Shown: positions 37,816 to 48,289, numbered from the stretch's first letter. The stretch: 64,000 bases of DNA from Candidatus Poribacteria bacterium (GCA_965116815.1 OZ220722.1:1695050-1759049), one strand, 5' to 3'. Numbers and translations are program-made. Notes: generated from the sequence alone by a model not told the origin.

Positions 37816-38670
37816 TCAATCTATCTGTGGGTCAAGGGCATCTCGAAGCGCATCACCGAGGAGGTTAAAACCTAAAACAATAAGGAAAATAGCGATGCCG
37901 GGCGCAGTGACAGCAAGCGGTGCTCTGCGGATAAACTTTCGGTTTTCATTGAGCATCGCACCCCATTCTGGTTCGCCAATCTCTGCACCGAGTCCTAAGA
38001 AACTCAGTCCTGCAGCGTCTAAAATGGCTGCGCCAATTCCTAAAGTTGCCTGAACAATCAACGGGGCGAGACAGTTCGGGAGGACGGTGGTCAGAAGAAT
38101 CCGATTATCGCTCGCACCGATCACTTTTGCAGCGACGACATAGTCTAACTCACGGACTTTAAGGACTGCAGCGCGCAAAATTCGGGCGTATTGTGGGATA
38201 TAAACAATCGAGACAGCGATAATCGCGTTGGTGAGACTCTGTCCCAAAATTGTGACAATGACCATGGCGAGGAGGATACTCGGCATTGCAAGCATCATAT
38301 CCATCACGCGCATAATCAGGTTGTCTATTCTCCCACCATAATAACCAGCGATTGCCCCGAAGAGCATCCCAAATCCAACAGAGAAAGTCATCGCGACGAA
38401 TCCAACCTTTAGAGATATACGGGTCCCATAGACAATCCTGCTGAAAATGTCGCGACCAACGCCATCGGTGCCGAGGTAGTTCACATCTGACCAACCTTTG
38501 AGGCGTTCAACGACGTTTGCGTGCCTTGGATCGTGTGTCGCGATGAGCGGGGCAAAGATGGCGACGACAATGAAGAACAGTATAATGGAGGCACCAATCA
38601 TGGCGGAACGGTGTCTTAAGAGTTTGCGGAAGACGAGATGTTGGTTGGTATTGGTTATCGGTGTATTCAT
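37816..38670 (-). CDS. ABC transporter permease (DppC/OppC-like)
   Basis: N-terminal extension plus 6 TM segments. Binding-protein-dependent transporter signature. Overlaps the upstream permease gene by 4 bp. Confidence 0.8.
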   Translation of the reverse strand: MNTPITNTNQHLVFRKLLRHRSAMIGASIILFFIVVAIFAPLIATHDPRHANVVERLKGWSDVNYLGTDGVGRDIFSRIVYGTRISLKVGFVAMTFSVGFGMLFGAIAGYYGGRIDNLIMRVMDMMLAMPSILLAMVIVTILGQSLTNAIIAVSIVYIPQYARILRAAVLKVRELDYVVAAKVIGASDNRILLTTVLPNCLAPLIVQATLGIGAAILDAAGLSFLGLGAEIGEPEWGAMLNENRKFIRRAPLAVTAPGIAIFLIVLGFNLLGDALRDALDPQID

Positions 38671-39689
38671 CTGGCTTCGTCTCCGAGGCGAATACGTGGG
38701 TCAAAGTAGGCATACAAAAGATCCACGATGAGATTGACGAACATAAAGACCGTTGCGACGAAAAGCACACCACCTTGTACGGCACGGACATCGCGCGCTT
38801 CAACGGCGGCGCGCAACCATGAACCGAGTCCGGGCCAGGAGAAAATATGTTCAGTTAGGATCGCTCCGCCCAATAGATAACCGAATTCCAAGCCGATAAT
38901 TGTCAAGACAGGCACCATACTGTTTTTCATTGCATGTTTGCCGACGACTTTCCATCGCGACAAACCTTTCGCATACGCTGTCATAATATACGGTTGATTT
39001 AGCACTTCGAGGAGACTGGAACGGGTCATCCGAGCGATGATTGCTAATGGGATAGTCCCCAATGTTACCGCAGGAAGAATGAGATGCGCGATGGCATTTC
39101 GGAAGGCAGCGAAGTTTCCCATGAGAAGCGTATCAATGAGATAGAAACCTGTGCGTGATTGGATGTCTAAATCCAATATTACATCAAGTCGTCCTGTGCT
39201 TGGTAGTATCGGTAAGAAATAAGAGAAAAGCAGAATAAGCATCAAGCCTAACCAGAAGATAGGCATAGAGATGCCAGCGAGGGATATGGACATTGAGAAA
39301 TAATCCAAAAATCTTCCGCGGGCGATCGCCGCAATAACGCCTGCCCCGATACCGAATACGATGGAAAATGCCATTGCAGCGAGGGTTAGTTCAGCCGTTG
39401 CCGGGAAATAGCGTTTGATTTCTTCAGTGACGGGTTGTTTTGTTTTGAACGAGCGTCCAAAGTCAAGATGTGAGACATCCCACAGGAATTTGGCGTATTG
39501 GTGATACAGGGGTTTATCAAGCCCCATCTCTTCTCGAAGTTCGATGAGTGCTTTTTCGGTCGCGCGCTCTCCCAAAATAGCGACGGCGGCATCGCCGGGG
39601 ATGAGGTGCACCATCAGGAAAACGAGAAGCGATACCGCCAAAAGGGATAAACCGATCGAAAGAAAGCGTTGGAGGAGATATGAGAGCAA
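38667..39689 (-). CDS. ABC transporter permease (DppB/OppB-like)
   Basis: The MLSYLLQRFLSIGLSLLAVSLLVFL... N-terminus is typical of DppB. EAA-like loop. Confidence 0.8.
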   Translation of the reverse strand: MLSYLLQRFLSIGLSLLAVSLLVFLMVHLIPGDAAVAILGERATEKALIELREEMGLDKPLYHQYAKFLWDVSHLDFGRSFKTKQPVTEEIKRYFPATAELTLAAMAFSIVFGIGAGVIAAIARGRFLDYFSMSISLAGISMPIFWLGLMLILLFSYFLPILPSTGRLDVILDLDIQSRTGFYLIDTLLMGNFAAFRNAIAHLILPAVTLGTIPLAIIARMTRSSLLEVLNQPYIMTAYAKGLSRWKVVGKHAMKNSMVPVLTIIGLEFGYLLGGAILTEHIFSWPGLGSWLRAAVEARDVRAVQGGVLFVATVFMFVNLIVDLLYAYFDPRIRLGDEAR

Positions 39690-39770
39690 GGGTTGAACCT
39701 TCCGTATCTTTTAACGATTATGTCTGAGCGGGGTTTCCGTTGTCAATTCTGAGCTGAAATCGTTAAAAAA

Positions 39771-40598
39771 TTAGAAAAATGGGTTGTGCAATTTCTCCTC
39801 ACCTACAGTGGTGGAGGGGCCGTGTCCGGGAAAGAGCCTGACAGCGTCTGGAAGTGAGAGTAGGTTGTCGCGAACGCTGTCGATTTCATCCTGATAAGAG
39901 ATGTTGGGACCCCCAACGGAACCGGCAAAAATGGCATCACCGACAAAGGCTACATCCTGTGCGATGAAACTACACCCACCAGGGGTGTGTCCGGGCGTAT
40001 TGACGACGTTTACCGTCAGTTCACCCACAGTGAGGGCATCGCCATGCGCAACCTCACGCAGTCTGTTTTCACTTCGCGGTTTCGGTTCGTTCCTATGGAT
40101 GTAAGTTTCGCATCCGGTGGCGGATTGGAGTTTGGGTAACCCGTCGGTATGGTCGCTATGCGCGTGCGTCAGAAGGATCGCAGCGGGATTCACATTGTGA
40201 GCATCCACTTGTTCCAAGACGCGGTCTGGATGCGCTGCGGTGTCGATAATTGCAGCGTCGTTGGTTGTTTTGCAAATCAAGAGATATGCATTGACGGGCC
40301 ATCCGCCCACAGGTGCGCTGATTGTGATAACCTCAAGATTTGCGTCGCTACTCTGCGGTGGCGGTTCAGGTTCCCACTGCTCTGTCGCGATGTCAAGCAG
40401 TTTAGTACCGTCCAAATTCAGTACTTCTGCGAGACGAAAAACTTGTGTTTCTGTCGGTTTTAAGGTATACTGTTCCATACGCGCAAGTTCTGCCTCTGTG
40501 ATACCAACAGCACTTGCAGTTTGGCTTTGAGAAAGGTCTTGCCCGCGTCGGGCTTTGCCAATGATGTCACCAAATTCATCTTCGAGTGCATAAGCCAT
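39771..40598 (-). CDS. MBL-fold metallo-hydrolase with N-terminal XRE-type HTH domain
   Basis: The HTH reads LSQSQTASAVGITEAELARME. The metallo-beta-lactamase motif is HAHSDHTDG. Confidence 0.7.
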   Translation of the reverse strand: MAYALEDEFGDIIGKARRGQDLSQSQTASAVGITEAELARMEQYTLKPTETQVFRLAEVLNLDGTKLLDIATEQWEPEPPPQSSDANLEVITISAPVGGWPVNAYLLICKTTNDAAIIDTAAHPDRVLEQVDAHNVNPAAILLTHAHSDHTDGLPKLQSATGCETYIHRNEPKPRSENRLREVAHGDALTVGELTVNVVNTPGHTPGGCSFIAQDVAFVGDAIFAGSVGGPNISYQDEIDSVRDNLLSLPDAVRLFPGHGPSTTVGEEKLHNPFF

Positions 40599-40654
40599 GG
40601 TGGTGTTCTCCTTAACTTTTTTACTTTACGGAACATTGTATCAAAAAATCAGGT

Positions 40655-41272
40655 ATGATGCAATTGAAAATAGGTCGCATTGAAGAAGGAGAGATTCTGA
40701 TGGGCATTCCAAAAAATGGATATGAACAAGCGACAATATCCCTCGCGCCGCTGGAAACTGATATGACGTTAGAAGATTTTCTTGAGAGTGATTTAGAGGG
40801 ATATGAATATATGAAAGGAAAGTTAATACCGATGGCACCACCGACAATGGAACACGGTGAAATCAGTATGAGCCTTAGTTTATTGTTAGGTGTTCATATT
40901 CGTGAACATGGGTTGGGGCGTTTGTATCCAGCAGATACAGACTTTAAATTGGGAGACCGATTGGTTAAACCGGATGTCGCGTTTGTTTCTACAGCGAGGT
41001 TGCCTGAGAACAGGAACCAGGCATCTCCTATAGCACCAGATCTTGCTGTTGAGGTAGTGTCACCATCAGATGTTTTTCGGCGTGTAATTGAAAAGGCGTT
41101 CGCCTATCTGGACGCAGGAACACAAATAGTCTGGGTGATTGAACCCGGATCAAAAACAGTAACCGTCTATCGTTCGGAAACAAATATCAAGTTGCTTACA
41201 CGCGAAGATACGCTCAGCGGTGAAGATGTTGTTGAAGGGTTTTCGTGTCAAGTCGTACAACTGTTTGAATAG
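40655..41272 (+). CDS. Uma2-family (DUF820) endonuclease, copy 1
   Basis: The conserved core PDLAVEVVSPSD...E(K) is typical of Uma2/PD-(D/E)XK. 60% identical to the next gene. Confidence 0.7.
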   Translation: MMQLKIGRIEEGEILMGIPKNGYEQATISLAPLETDMTLEDFLESDLEGYEYMKGKLIPMAPPTMEHGEISMSLSLLLGVHIREHGLGRLYPADTDFKLGDRLVKPDVAFVSTARLPENRNQASPIAPDLAVEVVSPSDVFRRVIEKAFAYLDAGTQIVWVIEPGSKTVTVYRSETNIKLLTREDTLSGEDVVEGFSCQVVQLFE

Positions 41273-41307
41273 ATACAGTTGAGATACGGCAAACTAATTA
41301 TGGAGGA

Positions 41308-41880
41308 ATGAACATGAGACAACAAGACGCTCATGGAGTCACCCAAGAAATACTTCCACCTCCCAAGAAGATGACGCTGGAAGAATTTCTTGAGAGTGAT
41401 TTAGAGGGATATGAATATGTGAAGGGAGAACTTATACCGATGCCTGCTGCATCATGGGAACATGGATTGATCAGCGCGAAGGTCTTTTTGCGTTTAGGGA
41501 CGTACGTTGAAGATAATCAACTCGGCAAAGTGGTTACCCCAGACACTGGCTTCCAGGTCGGTGAGCGCGTCCTGAAACCAGACGTTGCCTTCCTTTCAAC
41601 AGCGCATCTGCCTGATAATCCGAGCAGGGCATGTCCAGTGCCGCCGGACCTGGCCGTGGAGGTCGTTTCACCATCCGATGTTTTTCGGCGTGTGATTGAA
41701 AAAGCGTTCGCTTATCTTGAAGCTGGTACACAGATGGTCTGGATTGTCGAACCCACTTCACAAACGGTACGAGTGTATCGATCTGAAATGCCTATCAGGG
41801 TGTTAGGAATTAACGACACCCTCACGGGTGAAAATGTCGTTGAAGGGTTTTCATGTCAAGTGGCACAACTTTTTGAATAA
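41308..41880 (+). CDS. Uma2-family (DUF820) endonuclease, copy 2
   Basis: Paralogue of 40655..41272. The two share an identical C-terminal ...VVEGFSCQV(A/V)QLFE. Confidence 0.7.
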   Translation: MNMRQQDAHGVTQEILPPPKKMTLEEFLESDLEGYEYVKGELIPMPAASWEHGLISAKVFLRLGTYVEDNQLGKVVTPDTGFQVGERVLKPDVAFLSTAHLPDNPSRACPVPPDLAVEVVSPSDVFRRVIEKAFAYLEAGTQMVWIVEPTSQTVRVYRSEMPIRVLGINDTLTGENVVEGFSCQVAQLFE

Positions 41881-41889
41881 GGAGTTTTT

Positions 41890-42648
41890 ATGAAACTTGG
41901 TTTAGTTACATATAATATGGCAAAAGATTGGGATGTCCCCACGATCATTGAAAAATGCGTGGAGACAGGGTTCTCAGGCGTGGAATTGCGGACAACGCAT
42001 GCCCACGGCGTTGAGGTCGAACTTTCGGCAAGCGAACGGGCAGCAGTAAAACAACAATTCGCTGATTCTCCGATTGAGATTGCCGGTTTAGGTTCCGCAT
42101 TTGATTACCATGCCGTGGATCAGGCGGTCGTTCGTCAGAATATCGAAGGGACGAAGGTGTATTCTCAACTCGCAGCGGATGTTGGAGCACCCGGTGTGAA
42201 GGTACGTCCGAATGGACTCCCTGAAGAAGTACCCGTCGAAAAGACATTGGAGCAAATTGGATTGGCGTTACGTGAGTGTGGCGAATTCGCTGCGGATCTC
42301 GGCGTGCAGATTCGGCTGGAAGTCCACGGCGGTGGCACCTCTGAACTCCGACATATCCGAACAATTATTGACGTTGCTGATCACGAAAATGTTTATGTCT
42401 GCTGGAATTCCAATTTCGGTGAAGTAGAAAACGGTTCTATTCAAAAGAACTTTGATCTCGTGAAAGGCAGAATCGGCTTGGTGCATATCACCGAACTGCA
42501 TCGACGGGAGTATCCGTGGCGTGAGCTTTTTACACTCTTGAGAGATTCAGGGTATTCGGGGTACACCCTTGCAGAGATCGCCGGAAGTTCCGATCCAGAA
42601 CGCGTAATGAATTTCTATCGGGCACTGTGGGAAGAACTGTCAAGGTAA
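41890..42648 (+). CDS. Sugar-phosphate isomerase/epimerase (xylose-isomerase-like TIM barrel)
   Basis: MKLGLVTYNMAKDWD... with the Glu/His/Asp pattern of the AP-endonuclease-2/TIM family. Confidence 0.65.
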   Translation: MKLGLVTYNMAKDWDVPTIIEKCVETGFSGVELRTTHAHGVEVELSASERAAVKQQFADSPIEIAGLGSAFDYHAVDQAVVRQNIEGTKVYSQLAADVGAPGVKVRPNGLPEEVPVEKTLEQIGLALRECGEFAADLGVQIRLEVHGGGTSELRHIRTIIDVADHENVYVCWNSNFGEVENGSIQKNFDLVKGRIGLVHITELHRREYPWRELFTLLRDSGYSGYTLAEIAGSSDPERVMNFYRALWEELSR

Positions 42649-42701
42649 CAGAAGCGTTCTTGTGATTTGTGTTATCACACTGCCAAAGGAGGTATTCTCT
42701 C

Positions 42702-43694
42702 ATGACCAAACACCCTAAAGACTTGAAAATGTCCTTAAAGGGTATTTTGAAAAGGTATAGCATTATTATACTCGTCGCGGGACTCGCCCTCGCTATCAGC
42801 GGTTGCGAACGAGATGACATAACACTTCCAGCGGAAACAACATCGCCCGCAGAGAAAAAAGTAGTGCTCCCAGAGGGAAAAACAACACCGCCCCCAGAGA
42901 AAGAAATACCGCTCCCTGAAGGCATGGTGCTCATCCCCGCAGGCGAGTTTCAGATAGGCAGCAACGATGCGGAGGCAGATGACGATGAGCAGCCGGTGCG
43001 CACCGTCTATGTAGATGCGTTCTATATGGACGAAACAGAAGTGACGCACGCGCAATTCAAAGAATTTGTGCTTGAAAACCCGCGTTGGCAGAAGAATCGG
43101 ATTGACGGAAAATTTCACAATGGACGTTATCTCTGGCCCTGGGATGGGAATAACTACCCAAAAGGTAAAGACAAACATCCGGTTGTTCATGTGAGTTGGT
43201 ATGCGGCGATGGCATACGCGGAGTGGACAGGAAAGCGTCTGCCGACAGAGGCGGAATGGGAACGCGCCGCGCGCGGGGGCTTAGTCGATAAGAAGTATCC
43301 GCATGGGAACACGCTAACGCCACGGGATGCGAACTACGGCAACAACATTAAAAATACCACCGCCGTAGGGAGGTATCCTGCGAACGGGTATGGATTGTAT
43401 GATATGACGGGTAACGTGAGCGAATGGTGTTTAGATCCATACCATAGTGGATTCTATTCTACATTTCCACAGGAGGGAGTTGCGCGCAATCCGTTGGCGG
43501 GTGCGAACACGATTCAGTGGTTATTGGATAACTTCACAAATGTTAATGTTGACGTTTCCCGCGTCGAGCGCGGTGGTAACTGGTTCGATAAAACTCGAGG
43601 CCTGCGTGTCGCCGATCGGCATGACTTCACGCCACCGAGCGCGTTCTGGGTCATCGGTTTTCGTTGTGTGAGACCTGTAACTGTAAACCCTTAA
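42702..43694 (+). CDS. Formylglycine-generating-enzyme (FGE/SUMF1) family lipoprotein
   Basis: Lipobox LALAISGC. RLPTEAEWERAARGG...YPHGN and RGGNWFD motifs of the FGE-sulfatase domain. Confidence 0.7.
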   Translation: MTKHPKDLKMSLKGILKRYSIIILVAGLALAISGCERDDITLPAETTSPAEKKVVLPEGKTTPPPEKEIPLPEGMVLIPAGEFQIGSNDAEADDDEQPVRTVYVDAFYMDETEVTHAQFKEFVLENPRWQKNRIDGKFHNGRYLWPWDGNNYPKGKDKHPVVHVSWYAAMAYAEWTGKRLPTEAEWERAARGGLVDKKYPHGNTLTPRDANYGNNIKNTTAVGRYPANGYGLYDMTGNVSEWCLDPYHSGFYSTFPQEGVARNPLAGANTIQWLLDNFTNVNVDVSRVERGGNWFDKTRGLRVADRHDFTPPSAFWVIGFRCVRPVTVNP

Positions 43695-43787
43695 CGGACT
43701 TTACCCTTCCCAAAATGTTATACAAGTGTAACATTCTTTAAGGGCATAGGTATTGCCAGTTTTTTTGATGAATGAGGATGGACATCA

Positions 43788-46109
43788 TTGTTCGGATCAC
43801 GGTTTTACATTTTATCTATAGGGATACTTCTTTTGAGTGCTATCAGTGTCGGCGCAGCACCTGAAACCGTCTGTCTCAGCAATGCTGCATGGACAGTTGA
43901 CATTGTTCCGCAGTCGCTCGCTGTAGAGACATATCCGGCGGATTCGGAAGTATCCGTGCCGATTTCGTGGGGACAAGCCGGTTTTAGCAATATAACGGAA
44001 TTCTCTCAAAAAGACAATACTGTCAGCTGGCGGCTGCCAGAGCACTTTCTTACCGTTCGCTTTGAACTGATAGACGACTCACTATCCGTTGAATTTATTC
44101 AGGACAAAGGGACAAATGAGGCATTAAGTTTAACATGGCCCGTTATTGAAGATTTTGAATCTCTCCGTGGATACGTTTTACCTTTTTTTGAAGGGAGTTA
44201 CGTACCGAAAGATGACGTTACATGGCGGGATTTTTTGACAGAACGGGGACCGATAGACACAACGGCAGGTCTCTCAATGCCGTTTTGGGGGTTGCATCTC
44301 AACGAACGAACGCTCACCTATATTTTAACCCATCCGTTCAACAACCACATCCATTTCCATAAGACATTAACTCCTGGATTAGGCATGCAAGTATCGCATA
44401 CTTTCACACCAAATTGGGAGCAGAAAAGGTATGAGGTGCGTATCACGCTTGATGCAGCATCGCCAGTTGCCCCCGCCAAGCGTTACCGAAAGTGGCTGGA
44501 ACAGAATGCCGAATTCGTTTCTTTTCATGAAAAAATTCAACGGACGCGTGCCGCGAGGAAGTTACTCGGTGCTGCCCATATCTATTTATGGGGCGGTAAA
44601 CTCCTCAGCCAATATGATGTAACAGATTGGAAGACGTTCGCCACAAGACTAAGTGGTGATAGCGGGGTTGCGAGACAGATTTGGACGCAACTGAACACAG
44701 AGGCACGGGAAGCAATTCATGAAATCGCGCAGACGGACTATCCGCCCAAATATAGTTTACGCGTTGTAAGTCGTGCAATAAGTGAGCAACTTGAAAAGCA
44801 AAGTTTTTACGAGCCAGCCACTTGGACAGACATTTCTCCTATGTCGGAGACAAAAGCGTTAATTTCGCGGGATGTATCCACGCTATCACTACCAGAGATT
44901 TACCGGCGCAACTGTCTTATACTATATGCAGCGTTTCCCGATATACTGCGACCTCCAGACGAATGGGGTGACGGTCTTTCTGTAAAACTACTGGAACAAT
45001 TTGCCGAAAATGGATTGGATAGACTCTGGCTCGGGGTAGATTCATGGCAGGACGGGTTTCGGCATCCGACTGCTGTCGCGAAGGCGAAAGAACTCGGTTA
45101 TCTGGTTGGACCGTATGACTCCTACCATAGTATCCATCACCCGGACGAAAAGGATACATGGGAAACCGCACAGTTTGATTTGTCGCTTTATGAGACTGGT
45201 GCAATTGTCAATGCAGACGGCACAAAAAATCGGGGATTTAAAAAGAAGGGGTATCATTTAAGTCCGCTCGTCGCGCAGCCTTATGTCGAAAGTCGTGTCA
45301 ACGGTATTGTTGAACAGATGCCAACAAACTTTAATTCGTGGTTCATTGATTGTGACGCTTACGGCGAACTCTTCGACGATTATTCAACGTCCCACCCTGC
45401 GACGCAGTTAGATGACCTGAATGCACGACTCGCTCGTATGGCGTGGATTCGGGATACGCACAATATGGTCGTCGGTTCGGAAGGTGGTGCTGCTTATTCA
45501 GCATCCACAATTCACTTTGCCCACGGCATGACAGTTCCCGTTATCGGATGGGGTGATCCAGATATGAAGACGAAAACCTCGCCTTACTATATTGGCGGGT
45601 ACTGGCCCCCCGAAGGTCCGGCGATTCACATCAAGCAGGTGCCTCTCAAATCGAACTATCTATATCTCTATTACGACCCGCGTTTTCGCTTACCGCTCTA
45701 TCAAATTGTATTTCACGACTCGGTAATAACAACAAACCATTGGGGGGCTGGAAGCCTCAAATTTGAGAATGCAATCGGAACACTGGCACTTTTAGAGTTG
45801 CTCTACAATGTACCGCCACTATATCATCTGAACATGGCAGAGTTTTCAAAGCATAAAGCGTGGATAAAGCGGCACTACGCCTTCTTCTCGCCGTTGCATC
45901 GTCGAATCGGCGGACAGGCAATGACGGATTTTGAATGGCTGAGCGAGGATAGACAGGTCCAACGCACCGAGTTTGGGAATACAGTTGAGATGTACGCCAA
46001 CTTCGGGATGGATCCATTCAGATATAAAGGCGTGATAATTATGGGACGAAGTGTGGTTGCAAGATGGATGGATACCGGTAAAATTGAGGTGTTTTCTGTG
46101 AACCCTTAA
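43788..46109 (+). CDS. Large secreted hypothetical protein (possible glycoside-hydrolase-like)
   Basis: Signal peptide MFGSRFYILSIGILLLSAISVGAAPE. No confidently recognised domain. Confidence 0.5.
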   Translation: MFGSRFYILSIGILLLSAISVGAAPETVCLSNAAWTVDIVPQSLAVETYPADSEVSVPISWGQAGFSNITEFSQKDNTVSWRLPEHFLTVRFELIDDSLSVEFIQDKGTNEALSLTWPVIEDFESLRGYVLPFFEGSYVPKDDVTWRDFLTERGPIDTTAGLSMPFWGLHLNERTLTYILTHPFNNHIHFHKTLTPGLGMQVSHTFTPNWEQKRYEVRITLDAASPVAPAKRYRKWLEQNAEFVSFHEKIQRTRAARKLLGAAHIYLWGGKLLSQYDVTDWKTFATRLSGDSGVARQIWTQLNTEAREAIHEIAQTDYPPKYSLRVVSRAISEQLEKQSFYEPATWTDISPMSETKALISRDVSTLSLPEIYRRNCLILYAAFPDILRPPDEWGDGLSVKLLEQFAENGLDRLWLGVDSWQDGFRHPTAVAKAKELGYLVGPYDSYHSIHHPDEKDTWETAQFDLSLYETGAIVNADGTKNRGFKKKGYHLSPLVAQPYVESRVNGIVEQMPTNFNSWFIDCDAYGELFDDYSTSHPATQLDDLNARLARMAWIRDTHNMVVGSEGGAAYSASTIHFAHGMTVPVIGWGDPDMKTKTSPYYIGGYWPPEGPAIHIKQVPLKSNYLYLYYDPRFRLPLYQIVFHDSVITTNHWGAGSLKFENAIGTLALLELLYNVPPLYHLNMAEFSKHKAWIKRHYAFFSPLHRRIGGQAMTDFEWLSEDRQVQRTEFGNTVEMYANFGMDPFRYKGVIIMGRSVVARWMDTGKIEVFSVNP

Positions 46110-46119
46110 AGAGTCAAAC

Positions 46120-46370
46120 TAAAGTTTGGACAATCTTCTGTAGAATAGGCTGTTAGCCTGTTCCATCTTCCGTAGAATAGCCTGTTGGTCTCCTGTTCTG
46201 TCTTCCGTAGAATAAGTTGTCTCTTTGCTCCAGCGGAGCAATATTGCCTCACAGTGAGAGTAGCAGCCGATTGTTGGCAATCCTGCACTCCAGCGGAGTG
46301 CTATGTCTATAGAAAAAGACGTATGCGAACTACCGCACTCCAGCGGAGTGCTATGTCTATAAAAGGGACA
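46120..46370 (+). repeat. Two families of short direct repeats: 3 copies of TCTTC(C/T)GTAGAATA at ~35-bp spacing, then 2 perfect and 1 degenerate copy of palindromic GCACTCCAGCGGAGTGCTATGTCTATA
   Basis: 46130/46166/46201 share TCTTCYGTAGAATAR. 46285..46311 and 46335..46361 are identical 27-mers, each with an internal 7-bp inverted repeat (GCACTCC/GGAGTGC). A degenerate copy lies at ~46226. Confidence 0.6.
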
Positions 46371-46456
46371 ATTTGAGTTGATTTATGGTTGATGAATTCA
46401 ACAAAATATGATACACTTTTGGAAATTTATCAACATGGAGGTTTGAATATACAGAC

Positions 46457-48289
46457 ATGACGGAATCCCATAATCAGGAAGAACTCAATAAAGCACTTAA
46501 CATATACATACGTGCTATGTGTGATTTCATCTTCGAGTATCTGAAAAAGAAAGTACGAGGTGAAACTGTAGAAGATTTGATTAGAAAGGTAGTGAATCGC
46601 GAACCATTTGATCTGGAACCTAAGCATATTCTACAGATTTTTAGGCATCGAGAGAGCAGGGATTTTTTTAAAGATCGATTTGGTTACAATCCGCGGACTG
46701 GTCAGGACAAATATGACATTGAGAGTGTGACGGCTCTGATCGTAATGGGACGAAATAAAGTTCACCATGTAGGATCTGTGGATCTGGATTCCGAGTTCAC
46801 CCGAACGTGCCTGTTTCTTATCGCCGATGTACTAGGGGAAATCAATAGGCCAGATGCAAAGGAAGCGGTTGAAACCATTCGAGATCAGCTTTTCTCTGAT
46901 GAGTCTGAAGAACACCCGTTGGAAGCTGAGAATGCTGCTTACAAGAAACAGATCGCTGATATAATCAAGCAGCGTGATGCAGCAAAAGCAGAAAAAACTG
47001 AATTGGAAAAACAGGTCAAGACTACATCAGATCGGCTGGCAGAAGTCGAGGCAGAATGGATTGCTTGCGATGAACGTCTAGCAACTATATCTTTCCAGCT
47101 AGAAATGGCTGTAGCCGGAAAAACCGTCGCTGAGGAACGCTTATCAGGCATATCAAATCGATTAGAAGACGCGGAAGTAGAGAAGACCGAGTTGGAGAAA
47201 CGTCTCAAAACTATGTCAGATCGGTTAAAAGACGTAGAGAAAGAAAATGCTGCGTATCAGAAACGCGTGGAGACCATTTCAAATCAGTTAGAAAAAGCGA
47301 AGGCCGAGTTAGATGCTTTCAAGGAACGTCCTGCGCCATTAGAGCCAAAAGAACCTTTACGGCTAAATCCTAACACACCTGATTCTGTCACTTTTCATGG
47401 GACCATCTTTACGAAGCATTTGAACCAGTATTTATGTTATGGAGATGATATTTCCCAAGATTTCTGGCATTATTGGCAATCACAAGGACGCGAAGGTAAA
47501 CAGAAAATGCGGGATGCCGGGTGGAGTGTAGAGAAAGTAGACGGAGAGTGGGAAGTGATAGTTTCTCCAGAGGATTTTCAAGCATGGATAGCGAATGAAA
47601 TGACGGAATTGAGCGACTTACTTAATTCTTTGCAAAACAAAGAACCCTCAACGCAGCCTCCGCGTCCCTTCTATGGAAAACGCGAGGCGAACAATCTGGA
47701 CGACCGCAAGGAAATCGGGCGAAAGGTCGCTGAGTTGCGTATTAACTCCGCCGGTTCAAAGCCGATGAGTTGGCGTCGCATCCGCGAGAAGTTGCGGATC
47801 AAGAATGATGAGTTCCACAAGGGTATTCGTCTCGAGGATCATTTCCGTGAGTCCGTTGTCGAACGCATTGAGTCGTTTGAGGGCGGATGGGAATATAGGG
47901 GCAAGCTCAAATCTCTGTTAGGATTTGAGCCCGTCGGGGAATTGAAGTCTCGGATAGAGGCGTGCAAGCCGAAACCGGTCCCAAAGGAAGAGGCAGAAGA
48001 GGTTGAAGAACCTCAGGGCACGGTTCTACCTACAGGTAAAGAAATGGAACAACCTGCCCTTGAATTTCTCAGCGATGGAAGAGAATATCCTCGAATCGAG
48101 ATCATAAATGTGCTTACCCAGCATTTTTCTCTTACCAAAAATCAGAGGGAACAGTTAAGTCGAAGTGGCAGGGTGGAACTTTACCTAAGAAACAAGGAAT
48201 TGGTAGAACGAACCAGAACAGGCTACTACAGAATAACCGATCTCGGCCTTGAGATCTTGAAGCGAAACTCAGGTGACGTTCCATTTTAA
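46457..48289 (+). CDS. HEPN-domain (DUF4145/Swt1-like, Rx4HH) protein with central coiled coil and C-terminal Mrr_N-like winged helix
   Basis: N-terminal ...IVMGRNKVHHVGSVD (R-x4-H motif). aa 150-290 have heptad repeats (TELEKQVKTTSDRLAEVE... duplicated). The C-terminus (YPRIEIINVLTQHFSLTKNQREQLSRSGRVELYLRNKELVERTRTGYYRITDLGLEIL) matches Mrr N-terminal wHTH. Confidence 0.55.
   Translation: MTESHNQEELNKALNIYIRAMCDFIFEYLKKKVRGETVEDLIRKVVNREPFDLEPKHILQIFRHRESRDFFKDRFGYNPRTGQDKYDIESVTALIVMGRNKVHHVGSVDLDSEFTRTCLFLIADVLGEINRPDAKEAVETIRDQLFSDESEEHPLEAENAAYKKQIADIIKQRDAAKAEKTELEKQVKTTSDRLAEVEAEWIACDERLATISFQLEMAVAGKTVAEERLSGISNRLEDAEVEKTELEKRLKTMSDRLKDVEKENAAYQKRVETISNQLEKAKAELDAFKERPAPLEPKEPLRLNPNTPDSVTFHGTIFTKHLNQYLCYGDDISQDFWHYWQSQGREGKQKMRDAGWSVEKVDGEWEVIVSPEDFQAWIANEMTELSDLLNSLQNKEPSTQPPRPFYGKREANNLDDRKEIGRKVAELRINSAGSKPMSWRRIREKLRIKNDEFHKGIRLEDHFRESVVERIESFEGGWEYRGKLKSLLGFEPVGELKSRIEACKPKPVPKEEAEEVEEPQGTVLPTGKEMEQPALEFLSDGREYPRIEIINVLTQHFSLTKNQREQLSRSGRVELYLRNKELVERTRTGYYRITDLGLEILKRNSGDVPF

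Noticed and set aside
46226-46361. Calling the 27-bp palindromic repeats a CRISPR array
   Set aside because: There are only 2 perfect units plus 1 degenerate unit. One spacer is only 23 bp. No cas genes or leader-like AT-rich region are present. It is kept as a repeat and as a finding rather than a CRISPR call.
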